Below, piece by piece: positions 32,781-42,093 of a stretch of 64,000 nt of DNA. The position numbers were made by a program, and so were the translations under genes. The stretch covers positions 734,184-798,183 of the forward strand of contig JANQOQ010000006.1 in the NCBI GenBank assembly GCA_028285755.1. The letters are read 5' to 3'. The notes under the pieces were generated by a model. The model did not search any database and was not told the origin of the DNA. It saw only the letters and a program-made list of their open reading frames with translations. The stretch is from Puniceicoccaceae bacterium. GTDB lineage: Bacteria; Verrucomicrobiota; Verrucomicrobiia; Opitutales; JAFGAQ01. Position 1 is the stretch's first letter. Each line of letters opens with the position of its first letter.

Positions 32781-34054
32781 CAGGGATGGATTGCCAGAAA
32801 TTCGGCGAGCCGAATCCTGCCTTTGGGAATATTGAGATCATCGACCAGCTGTCGGTAAATCACAGGAAAATACTGACTGCAAATGACGATAAACGCAAAA
32901 TCGGTGGATGATAGATCCTTCGGCGAAATAATTTCGATATTTCCCAGCGATTGGCCGATGCGTTTGAGGTCGTTATCTGAAAATGCGACTATCTTATGAT
33001 CGGAGCTATATAATTCGTATGCCCTCTGCCCGGCTGATCCGGCACCGAATAAGATGATATTGTATTTTTGAGTGGGCTTAGTATCCGGCAGATTAACTGA
33101 ATACGAAAGATCAGGCAATTGTGCCTGCCAATAGTCCGGTCGTTTGCACCATTGGAGTAAGTTTGGATTTTTTTCTACCTGTTGGTAATACCAACGCATG
33201 CCCCGCATTCGACTTTGCTCGAGCGTTTCTGTCAGGTTTTGCACGGGTTCGTATTTATTGGAAGGGAATATTGGTATCCAATCATCTGAATAGCGGATGT
33301 TTGCGTAAGCATCGGAAATACCCTGGTTATAGTATCGCTTTTTCAGGTAGGGTTCCTCCAGTCTTTCGGGGGGAATATGGTGGTATACGCTAAGCCGTGG
33401 TTCATAGCGAGCCAAGTGCCCCGCGTTTCGGATTTTGCGGGTGAGGCCACATTCCCCATCCCCGCGCAGGGCGAGCAGCTCTGCAGGATATGCATCGGGA
33501 TGAAATCCATTGAATGCTTCTACCCACTCCCGGGAAATCACAAAATTGAGCCCCCAAACCCACAGCGGGTCGACCTTTCGAGCCTGGGAGCCGAAATCGA
33601 GCAGGCTAAGTGCACCGCAGGATGTTCCCAACCCGTCGTGCGATTGGATGAGCGCTTTCGGTATAGCCAAGTCTTGATCGATTGCCGGGTAGGCGGGGCC
33701 TGTAGCGATCAGGGACTCACCCGTTTGGGAGAATTCCAAGGCAGCCGAGAGCCATTCCTTACCCAGGCTGACATCATCGTCTGTAAAGGCGCAGAGATTG
33801 CCTTTAGAGGCACGAAACCCAGCATGGCGGGCTGCCAGCAAACCGGGTGTGGAAACTTCGATCACATGGACCGGGAAATGCCCTAATCGCCCTTGTCTCT
33901 GAGCCGCAGCAAAGTCACCGTAGTATTCCGGCGTATTACACGCAATGATCAGTTCCCAACCGGAGACTGGGGCTTCATCCGCCAATGAATCGATCAAAGG
34001 TGCCAGGCAATCGGGACTCTTATTCGTCGATACGATAATGGACAGATCAACCAT
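32780..34054 (-). CDS. GT2 glycosyltransferase with C-terminal Rossmann-like domain
   Basis: 'LSIIVST','PGLLAARHAG','FTDDD','GLNF','GF.P'; C-terminal 'ILFGAGSAG...SDND'; start chosen at ATG 34054. Confidence 0.85.
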   Translation of the reverse strand: MVDLSIIVSTNKSPDCLAPLIDSLADEAPVSGWELIIACNTPEYYGDFAAAQRQGRLGHFPVHVIEVSTPGLLAARHAGFRASKGNLCAFTDDDVSLGKEWLSAALEFSQTGESLIATGPAYPAIDQDLAIPKALIQSHDGLGTSCGALSLLDFGSQARKVDPLWVWGLNFVISREWVEAFNGFHPDAYPAELLALRGDGECGLTRKIRNAGHLARYEPRLSVYHHIPPERLEEPYLKKRYYNQGISDAYANIRYSDDWIPIFPSNKYEPVQNLTETLEQSRMRGMRWYYQQVEKNPNLLQWCKRPDYWQAQLPDLSYSVNLPDTKPTQKYNIILFGAGSAGQRAYELYSSDHKIVAFSDNDLKRIGQSLGNIEIISPKDLSSTDFAFIVICSQYFPVIYRQLVDDLNIPKGRIRLAEFLAIHP

Positions 34055-35147
34055 GATAGATTTCAATCTGAGGAGTTTTATCAGGAAACAGATCCATGAT
34101 TTGCTGCCGAATCTCCGTGTGATAAATGCTGGTGATTAGAATTTGGGCGGGAGGATTTTGTTGAAGTTTTTCCGGGCTATATATGGAAATCCCCTCTATT
34201 TCATTCCCCCATTTGGATGGGTCGTTATCCACAAAAAATTGAGGCTCTACCCTACCCTTGAAAGCAGCTAAAGCATCCTTACCCATTGAGGAGGCCCCAA
34301 AGAAGCAAATGTCCTGAAATAGCATCGGATCATGCTGCTGCCAAAGCAATACGAGCACATCCTGGTGGGGTACTACTTGTCGCAATTCAAAAAACTCCTT
34401 AGCCTCAGACAGGACTTCGGAGTTTTCCCGCTTTTTCAGATTTTCGAGATGTTCCGGCAAGACTGAGCCTCCAATATCCAAATGCTCAATCTGCCAATGA
34501 CCGAGCAATGCCTGTTCAGCACCTAACCATGCGTACAGATAGCGCAGTTCTCGAGAGTTAATCCATTTCTGACGTAAATAATTAACAGTTTCTAAATGAC
34601 CTCTTGCCGATTCCACGAATTTGATTAATCGGCCTTTTTGCAAAACTTTGACCCCCTTGTGGACTCCGTATCGAAAGGCTTGTAGATCACTGGGATCCGG
34701 GCAGTGATCCGCTGCCGGAGCCAGATTATCTTTATCATACAGGCGATTCTCAGCGGGGACGTCGCCTAAATCCGTGAATATAGCATCGCTGGTTCGCTGA
34801 TAAGAGCTGCGGGCCCGGATGGCGTTGATGGCCGGGATTTGCCTATCAGTGTAGCAGTCCCAAAGCTCAATTTCCATGAGGTCGATCGCCGGATTTTCTT
34901 TAAAAATGGAAACGACTTTTTCAAAAAAGGTATTCTCACGGATCACCATATCCGCATCGATTTTTATGAGCAGGTCAAAGTCTGCACTTTGTTCGAAATC
35001 GCTAAAGAGCCTTTCGTGGGCTTCAAGATTGGGCAGGTGGTGGTAGATTTTATGCTCAAAATCCCGGTAGGTCTGGTGCTCAATCGCATGACAGCATGCC
35101 TCAAATTCGTTTTCACCACAATACAGGGTAGACACCAAAATTCTCAT
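34047..35147 (-). CDS. Divergent GT-A-like glycosyltransferase with C-terminal Rossmann-like domain
   Basis: 'QTY', DxD 'KIDADM'; C-terminal 'FFGASSMG...FFVDND'. Confidence 0.65.
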   Translation of the reverse strand: MRILVSTLYCGENEFEACCHAIEHQTYRDFEHKIYHHLPNLEAHERLFSDFEQSADFDLLIKIDADMVIRENTFFEKVVSIFKENPAIDLMEIELWDCYTDRQIPAINAIRARSSYQRTSDAIFTDLGDVPAENRLYDKDNLAPAADHCPDPSDLQAFRYGVHKGVKVLQKGRLIKFVESARGHLETVNYLRQKWINSRELRYLYAWLGAEQALLGHWQIEHLDIGGSVLPEHLENLKKRENSEVLSEAKEFFELRQVVPHQDVLVLLWQQHDPMLFQDICFFGASSMGKDALAAFKGRVEPQFFVDNDPSKWGNEIEGISIYSPEKLQQNPPAQILITSIYHTEIRQQIMDLFPDKTPQIEIYHG

Positions 35148-36277
35148 GATGAATGAACACCGGCATTAGCAACTTGAGTGACTGCATCGCAGACCTGCTG
35201 AATTTGCTCGTCGCTCATGGAAGCACCGGAAGGAATGTAGAGACCTTGCGTAGAGAGGTGCTCGCTGACGGGAAACCGGTCATGCAGGAACAGGCCGGCT
35301 TCGTTAAAGACGGGCTGTAAATGCATGGGATAAAAGAAAGGACGCGTGCCTATATCGAGTTGCTTCAGCTGCTTTGCAACCTGATCCGCTTCCGGAAAGG
35401 TGTCCGGATCAAAAATCAGGCCAAAGACCCAATAACCGTTATTCGCATATTCGGTTTCATCTACCGGCAGTTGAATACCCGAGAGAGCCTTAAAAGCCTG
35501 CTGATATCGTGTGCCCAGAGCACGCTTCAGCCTCGATGTTTCAGAGAGGCCTTCTAACTGGGCAAGCCCCATGGCCGCCTGAAGGTTACTCATACGGTAA
35601 TTCCAACCCAGTTCCTCATGATAGAACCTTTTTTCCCTTTGGAAACACAGGTTCCTCAGGGAACGACAACGCTCCGCAAGCTCAGCATCGTTGGTCAAAA
35701 CCATACCCCCCTCCCCGCTGCTCACGTGTTTATTCGCATAAAAGCTGATGGTGCTGATTACCCCGAAGCTGCCGCAGGCTCGCCCCCGGTAATGATCGCC
35801 AATGGACTCAGCAGCATCCTCTATCAGGGCGATGCCATACTTTTCAGTGAGCTCTATCAGGGGATTCATATCCACGGGTAACCCGTAGGTATGCACTGCC
35901 AGTATTGCGACCGTACGGGGGGTGACTTTCGCCTCCACCTGGGCGATATCCATGCACCAGGTATCGGGTCGGCTATCGACGAAAACTACTTTCGCACCCA
36001 TTCGGACCAAAGGTGCCACGCACGATATTATGGTAAATGTTGGCACGATCACTTCGTCCCCCGGTTGGATTTTCAGGGCGCTGAACGCTACCTCCAGCGC
36101 TGCCGAGCCACTGGATACGGCAACCCCATGCTTACGATCACACTTGTCGGCAAAGGCCGCTTCAAAGCGTGAGACGAACGGCCCTTCGCTGGATACCCAA
36201 CCACTCTCGATACACTCCTGCAGGTAACGCTTCTCATTGCCGCAGAAATGTGGGCTGCTGACCGGTACGAAGCTCAT
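35144..36277 (-). CDS. DegT/DnrJ/EryC1/StrS aminotransferase (GDP-perosamine synthase-like)
   Basis: 'GWVSSEG.FV..FE','SSGSAAL','IEDAAE','SFYANK','GEGG','WNYRMSNLQAA','TRPFF'. Confidence 0.93.
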   Translation of the reverse strand: MSFVPVSSPHFCGNEKRYLQECIESGWVSSEGPFVSRFEAAFADKCDRKHGVAVSSGSAALEVAFSALKIQPGDEVIVPTFTIISCVAPLVRMGAKVVFVDSRPDTWCMDIAQVEAKVTPRTVAILAVHTYGLPVDMNPLIELTEKYGIALIEDAAESIGDHYRGRACGSFGVISTISFYANKHVSSGEGGMVLTNDAELAERCRSLRNLCFQREKRFYHEELGWNYRMSNLQAAMGLAQLEGLSETSRLKRALGTRYQQAFKALSGIQLPVDETEYANNGYWVFGLIFDPDTFPEADQVAKQLKQLDIGTRPFFYPMHLQPVFNEAGLFLHDRFPVSEHLSTQGLYIPSGASMSDEQIQQVCDAVTQVANAGVHSS

Positions 36278-37038
36278 GGACGCTCATCCTTTCTTGCAAA
36301 GCAAACGATGCTCCAATCTTCTTGGTTGGGCTCACGCTCCGGTTCCTCCCAGGTGAAAAACTTCACGCATTTGAATCCCGAAGTATTTAGAAAATCCGCA
36401 ACTTCCGCCTGGGAAAAGTACCGCATGCGATGGGTCTCCTCGAACTTCAGCTCTCGCTCATCAGAACTCACGATAATTTCATAATTCACTACTATTGATT
36501 TCTCATTTGAAAAATGCGTGGGGGTCGCGGTGCGTCGCACCCGGGTGAATTCATCCTGAAAATGGGCCGTTCTGACTTCCGGTTTTAAGTGGAGCACGGC
36601 GGGTTCATACCAAAAATCAAAAATGAAGCGCCCATCGGGTTTCAGCAATCGATGAAAGTGATCCATTAATTCCTGTACGGCCTCAGATGAAGGCAGGTAG
36701 CTCAACACATCAAACAGCATGCACACGGCATCCAATGACTGCGACTCCAGTTGATCGATTTTCGAGCTGTGAAGAAATTCCGCTTGGGGGCCGAGCTCTT
36801 TTTTTCGCGCAATATCGAGCATCGAATCATTGATATCCAGTCCCGTTACCCTAAATCCCCTATCAAGCCAAACCGATGCATGGTTACCGGTGCCACAGCC
36901 GTAATCAAGAATATGCCCCCCGCTATCAGCCAAACCTGCTTTTGAAATACATATTTCAACCTCACGACCATAGCCTTTTCCCGCATAAATAAGATCATAA
37001 ATGCGTGCGTAGTCGCTATCAAAACAAGGTGCTGCCAT
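36274..37038 (-). CDS. Class I SAM-dependent methyltransferase
   Basis: 'YDLIY','LDYGCGTG','GLD','LKPDGRFIFDFW'; 4-bp overlap with the aminotransferase. Confidence 0.9.
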   Translation of the reverse strand: MAAPCFDSDYARIYDLIYAGKGYGREVEICISKAGLADSGGHILDYGCGTGNHASVWLDRGFRVTGLDINDSMLDIARKKELGPQAEFLHSSKIDQLESQSLDAVCMLFDVLSYLPSSEAVQELMDHFHRLLKPDGRFIFDFWYEPAVLHLKPEVRTAHFQDEFTRVRRTATPTHFSNEKSIVVNYEIIVSSDERELKFEETHRMRYFSQAEVADFLNTSGFKCVKFFTWEEPEREPNQEDWSIVCFARKDERP

Positions 37039-37199
37039 GGTTTAAATGCTATGTTTGAGTAGATTAATCTATGGACTAAGGATATTCGAAGTATTTGGCA
37101 ATCTTGAGTTTCGGACATTTCAGCCGTTATTTGAGTGATATTTTAAAAGTTGTCCCCCATCAAATGAACCCTAATACTACGCCACCGAACGAGCAAAAT

Positions 37200-37613
37200 A
37201 TGATCACACGCATTACCCACCAAAACGAGGAGCTCGCTATCATCATTCGTACGAGTTATCAGCGGGAAGGGATTGAATTTTTTACACCTCCGGAGTATTC
37301 CCAGCAGCTCGGGTATATGAACCGGCCCAAGGGCTATGTGATCGATCCGCACATCCACCTGCCCTTACGCAGAAACGTCAAATATACGAATGAGGTGCTC
37401 TACCTCAAATCCGGTCACGTGCGTGTGGACTTTTACGATAATCAAAAAAACTACCTGCAGAGCGAAGAACTCCACGCAGGGGACGTCATTCTCCTCATTG
37501 TGGGCGGGCATGGCTTTGAAATGCTCGAAGACTCCGAAATCATTGAAGTCAAGCAAGGGCCCTATGCGGGGGATCTGGATAAGAAGCGCTTCAATCCGGA
37601 GGATAATCGCTAA
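37200..37613 (+). CDS. Cupin-fold protein of sugar-nucleotide loci
   Basis: Cupin metal motifs 'PHIH...E' and 'GDVILL..GGHGF','EVKQGPY'; start uncertain (37164 or 37200). Confidence 0.75.
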   Translation: MITRITHQNEELAIIIRTSYQREGIEFFTPPEYSQQLGYMNRPKGYVIDPHIHLPLRRNVKYTNEVLYLKSGHVRVDFYDNQKNYLQSEELHAGDVILLIVGGHGFEMLEDSEIIEVKQGPYAGDLDKKRFNPEDNR

Positions 37614-37634
37614 ATCCGGCATTCCAATCCATAC

Positions 37635-38624
37635 CTACTCCGCTTCCACACCAAAGGCCTCAATAAGCTGATCATATTCCTGCTCACTGATCGGTATCAT
37701 GCAGCCGTGCCGGGCTTCGGAAGTCACCGTGTAGGTCTGTATCCACATATTATACCAGGGACCACCGAGCGTGGGTGCTGTGGATAAGCCATATTGAATA
37801 CCCGGATATTGCTCATGGTACATCAGCCAACCGCTGCCATCCATCCGCGGTATAACCGTGGGCGCTTCATGGTAATTCGGAGAAATGGGAGGGCCCGGTT
37901 GGTTCCAAGGCCCCAGGGGTGTGGGTGCCGAAGCCACACGGATACTCTTGCCGGTCGGCCATTCATAGGTGGGGTATTTCTCATCTTTCAAAATCGCATA
38001 ATACCGCCCGCGCTCTTCCCGTATGATCACATCGATGGTTGCGATTTCGTACTGGAATAGCCGCTGCGGTTCCGACCATTCGTGCAAATCGGGCGAAGTC
38101 ATCACAAAGGTCCGCATGTCTGACCAGCGCGCCTCATTCACATTATCCACATAGTTTTCGGGCAGATCCAACCGTGCAGCATGCCAGGTAAGGTAGAACA
38201 ATGCCGATTTATCATCATAGAAGAGTTTCGGTGCACCGAGTGACGGCGGCTTACCTATCCGTTTACCAACGGTGAAACGCTCCCCGGGGAGTTCTGGCCC
38301 CCTTTCCCAGGTGATTAAATCCTGCGAGCTCCAGAGTATCATACGCGCTGGAGTCCCCGTGGGCCCTACCCCGACTAACCAGTAAGTGCCGTCCGGCCCC
38401 TTGCATATCTCAGGATGCCCCTGGTATTCGTGCCCCAGGATCAATTGCCCGTTATTCAGGGATTGCCAATGCAATCCATCCTTACTGATCGAGTAATACA
38501 AATGCCCATAATCCGCCTTTGTCATGTGAGCAAAGAGATATCCTCCGATAACGGAGTCACCTGTTTTGGACCATGTAAATGTAATCGATAGTAATAGGCA
38601 CACGAGCGTTATTGAGCATTTCAT
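37635..38624 (-). CDS. Secreted GH43-like five-bladed beta-propeller glycosidase
   Basis: Signal peptide; 'LYYSISKDGLHW','S.DL..W','TID','KDE','GPW','EAPT','RHG'. Confidence 0.75.
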   Translation of the reverse strand: MKCSITLVCLLLSITFTWSKTGDSVIGGYLFAHMTKADYGHLYYSISKDGLHWQSLNNGQLILGHEYQGHPEICKGPDGTYWLVGVGPTGTPARMILWSSQDLITWERGPELPGERFTVGKRIGKPPSLGAPKLFYDDKSALFYLTWHAARLDLPENYVDNVNEARWSDMRTFVMTSPDLHEWSEPQRLFQYEIATIDVIIREERGRYYAILKDEKYPTYEWPTGKSIRVASAPTPLGPWNQPGPPISPNYHEAPTVIPRMDGSGWLMYHEQYPGIQYGLSTAPTLGGPWYNMWIQTYTVTSEARHGCMIPISEQEYDQLIEAFGVEAE

Positions 38625-38704
38625 AACCCCAATATCTTAAAAATGCCGGCCATCTCACGAATGCCGATATGCTGAACAGTTATCTGCTGATTGCCCGATT
38701 TGCC

Positions 38705-39757
38705 CTAATCCAGTGGGATAAACATCGAAAAGGTATCGCCACGCATTTGGCGGATCGCGATCGTTAGGACCTTGGGCTTCCCATCTTCCATATACATAAA
38801 GGGCCGCTCGAAGCGATTAACAACGATCCGGTTACCCTCAGCGTCGCTATAAGCCTTATCCGAAACCCGGTAATGCTTTGCCCGGCCCCAGTCCAGACCA
38901 TCCTCTGAAGTAATCAACCCCATATAGCCAAACGCGTGATACAGCGCATAGTAACGCTCGCGATGCGGGTCATACCACACCTCCGGATCCTCCGAGTTGA
39001 GATCCTTGACGGCGGCCTGGGGTTGGATCACCCAGGGTCCCAGCGGATGATCTGCCAACGCCACCGCCTGACTGCGGACAAGCTCAGTCTGATTGGGCTG
39101 ATCTCCGCGTATAAACATCAGATACCCCCCATCGGGACGACGTGTGACGGAGGGGTTGCACGTAATTTGCTCAATCGGATACGCAGGTTCCACCACCGGC
39201 TCATCAAAACGTTTCCAGGGTCCCTCCAGGCTATCTGCCACCGCAACTCCAATACGCTGATTCTCCCGGATGAGCGCTCGGAATTCACTTTCCAGGTAGC
39301 TCTTGCGGCGTGCTTCTTCAAATTCTTCATCCGCTAAAGTGCGACCTGCTGTATTCGTGGATATATAGTAAAGGTAGTATTTTCCCTCAAATTGATAGAT
39401 TTTGGGATTATGTGCGGTGTAGGCATCCCAATACTTCGGGCCTCTGCCTTCCAGCACGACTTCTACCTTCCTGTAGGGCCCCGCAGGATGATCCGCAACC
39501 GCACGTGAAATCACCCCATCCGAAAGCCACGAGCCAAACCCATGCTCTCGCGGCATTTGCGCATAGAACAAGTGGTATTTCCCATCATCCCCTTTGATGA
39601 TCGATGAGCCCCAGTTGTAATAATCCTCGTCATAGAAGATGTTCTCATCCGACACCGGCTGGATCATTTCGGAAAGGTTCAGGCTGTCCTTGCTTTCAGC
39701 ATGAGTGATCAACAATGCATTGATGGTTAAAAGCGTTAGTATGAGTGATTTTTTCAT
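38705..39757 (-). CDS. Secreted GH43/GH117-clan five-bladed beta-propeller glycosidase
   Basis: Signal peptide; 'WGSSII','YHLFY','AHNP','RIGVA','GPW','EDP','ERP'. Confidence 0.78.
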   Translation of the reverse strand: MKKSLILTLLTINALLITHAESKDSLNLSEMIQPVSDENIFYDEDYYNWGSSIIKGDDGKYHLFYAQMPREHGFGSWLSDGVISRAVADHPAGPYRKVEVVLEGRGPKYWDAYTAHNPKIYQFEGKYYLYYISTNTAGRTLADEEFEEARRKSYLESEFRALIRENQRIGVAVADSLEGPWKRFDEPVVEPAYPIEQITCNPSVTRRPDGGYLMFIRGDQPNQTELVRSQAVALADHPLGPWVIQPQAAVKDLNSEDPEVWYDPHRERYYALYHAFGYMGLITSEDGLDWGRAKHYRVSDKAYSDAEGNRIVVNRFERPFMYMEDGKPKVLTIAIRQMRGDTFSMFIPLD

Positions 39758-39924
39758 TTCTTGAAGCGTTAAAAATTATTATCTCCTGTTAACTAGACAT
39801 TTCAAATAGCCAATTCAGGTAATAAAAAATTAAAGAAATGAACCTTAAACACTGATATTTCTTTGGGGGGTTTTTGCCCTTAATGAGTCACGCTTATACT
39901 GTTTGTCGAAAAGTAGCTGTATTA

Positions 39925-42075
39925 ATGAAGATTCTATTGATTTGTAAACGAGCGCCCATTTTCGCTTTCGTGGGTTTGCTTGCACTAACGGGTTGTAAAC
40001 AACTGTTCCAGGATGAGTACGAAAGGTTGCCCGAATACAAGGTGATTCCAGCTGCTACGCTGGACGAACTGACCCCCACCAACCACTGGCCTGGAGAAGA
40101 AAACTTCGCCAAATGGCATCGCTCCCATGGCGGGCATGATTCCAACCGATATTCCACACTCGATCAAATTAACCGCGAAAATGTGGCCGATCTGGAAGTC
40201 GCGTGGGTGTATCACTCGAAGGATCTAATTCACAAAAACGGACGCAACCTGCAGGCAAACCCGGTCATCGTGGACGGCATCATCTACACACCCACCATCG
40301 GGCATGCGCTGGTTGCGCTCGATGGGGAGACGGGAGAGGAAATCTGGCGCTATCTCCCCGATGAAAAATGGCTGGGCCGCGAGGGGGAATACACCGCCCA
40401 ACGTGGGTTGATCCACTGGCAAAATCCGGAAAACGGCGAGCGCAGGCTCTATTTTACATCCGGACAACACCTCTACGCGATCAATCCGAAGACTGGCAAA
40501 CTCATCGAAAGTTTCGGAGATAAAGGACGTACGGAGGTCGGCATCATCGCAGTTGCACCCGCAATTTATAACGAGGTCATTATTCTACCCAGTAAATCAG
40601 AGACAGCAATATTCGGTTACCACATTCACACCGGAGAGCAGCTATGGCGCTTTAATACAGTCCCCCAGGAAGGGGATCTGCACTACGACCCACAAGGAGA
40701 TCCCTACTGGCTAGTCTACTGCTGGGGGGGCATGGCGCTCGATGAGTCCCGCGGCATCGCCTACTTTGCGATGAGCGATACCAATATGGATGGCTATGGC
40801 AGCCCTGCCGCCTATTTGTCGGACAATCTCTACGCCAATTGCATACTTGCACTCGATGCCGAAACGGGTGAATACGTGTGGCATTTTCAGGAAATTCGCC
40901 ACGATATGTGGGATCTGGACTTTGCAGCCCCGCCGCTACTGGCCACTATTGATTGGCAGGGCAAAGAGGTGGATGTAGTGGTCGGTTTTTCAAAAATCGG
41001 TAATACCTTTGTGCTCGATCGCCTGACCGGAAAAAGCCTTTACCCCATCCGCATGCGTAAGGCTCCGCGCAGCCAGGTGCCCGAGGTAACCACCGCGCCC
41101 TATCAACCGGATATTGAGCTACCGGAGCCCATGGCACGCCAGGAATTCAAGCTCGAGCACGTCACCACGCGGACGCCCGGTGCCCACAAATATGTGATGG
41201 AGAAAATCAAAGACTATCACTGGGGATGGTTTGAGCCCTTCCAGAAAGTTGGTCAGCCGATCGTCTTTTATGGAATTCACGGAGGCGCAGAGTGGGACGG
41301 CGGCACCTACGATCCCGACACGAATATCGCCTATATCAAGTCCAACGAAATCCCCTGGACCTGGGTGATGGAGGACTACCGGGAGGACGCGGGTGAGGAA
41401 TTTGCGGAAGGTCGCGCCGCTTATGAGAAACACTGTATGATCTGCCACGGCACGAATCGCACCGGCGTCGGCACTGCCCCTTCATTAGTGGGTATCCAGT
41501 CCAAATACAGCGACCGTAGCAGCCTGGAAGCGATCTTGCGCAATGGCATCCGCACCATGCCGCCGAATCCATTGATCACCCCGGAGGAGATGGACCCGCT
41601 CATCCAATACCTGTTTGCCGAGGGTGAAAAACCGGACTCAGATACTCCCCAATATGTTTACGGCCGCTTGGAGCGCTTGTTTGATCAATATTATCTCCCG
41701 GCTACTAACCCACCCTGGTCCTACATGGTGGCCATCAACCTGAGCACCGGCCTGATCGAGTGGAAAGTACCGTTCGGGGAACATCCGGAAGCGGGAGACG
41801 CCCATCAACCGTCCGGTTCCGAGAATTTTGGAGGACCCACCATTACTGCAGGCGGTCTCCTATTTGCGGGAGGTTCCAAGGATCATAAAATCCGTGCGTT
41901 GGACATGGATACCGGTGAGGAGCTCTGGCAATATCAAATGGGCGCAGGCGGATATGCACCCCCTGCGGTCTATCAGGTCAATGGGAAGCAGTATATAGTC
42001 ATTGCCGCGAGTTCCGGGGGCAATCCGGGAGGCGAGCTGCGTGACACCTACTATGCATTTGCTCTCCCAGAATAA
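39925..42075 (+). CDS. PQQ-dependent (glucose/quinate-type) dehydrogenase with inserted cytochrome c domain, probable lipoprotein
   Basis: 'RYSTLDQIN..NV..L..AW','WHFQ..HD.WD.D','GGAEW.G','PPW','GGP'; heme motif 'CMICH'; lipobox 'LTGC'. Confidence 0.88.
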   Translation: MKILLICKRAPIFAFVGLLALTGCKQLFQDEYERLPEYKVIPAATLDELTPTNHWPGEENFAKWHRSHGGHDSNRYSTLDQINRENVADLEVAWVYHSKDLIHKNGRNLQANPVIVDGIIYTPTIGHALVALDGETGEEIWRYLPDEKWLGREGEYTAQRGLIHWQNPENGERRLYFTSGQHLYAINPKTGKLIESFGDKGRTEVGIIAVAPAIYNEVIILPSKSETAIFGYHIHTGEQLWRFNTVPQEGDLHYDPQGDPYWLVYCWGGMALDESRGIAYFAMSDTNMDGYGSPAAYLSDNLYANCILALDAETGEYVWHFQEIRHDMWDLDFAAPPLLATIDWQGKEVDVVVGFSKIGNTFVLDRLTGKSLYPIRMRKAPRSQVPEVTTAPYQPDIELPEPMARQEFKLEHVTTRTPGAHKYVMEKIKDYHWGWFEPFQKVGQPIVFYGIHGGAEWDGGTYDPDTNIAYIKSNEIPWTWVMEDYREDAGEEFAEGRAAYEKHCMICHGTNRTGVGTAPSLVGIQSKYSDRSSLEAILRNGIRTMPPNPLITPEEMDPLIQYLFAEGEKPDSDTPQYVYGRLERLFDQYYLPATNPPWSYMVAINLSTGLIEWKVPFGEHPEAGDAHQPSGSENFGGPTITAGGLLFAGGSKDHKIRALDMDTGEELWQYQMGAGGYAPPAVYQVNGKQYIVIAASSGGNPGGELRDTYYAFALPE

Positions 42076-42093
42076 TTTTAGAATAACGATAGG

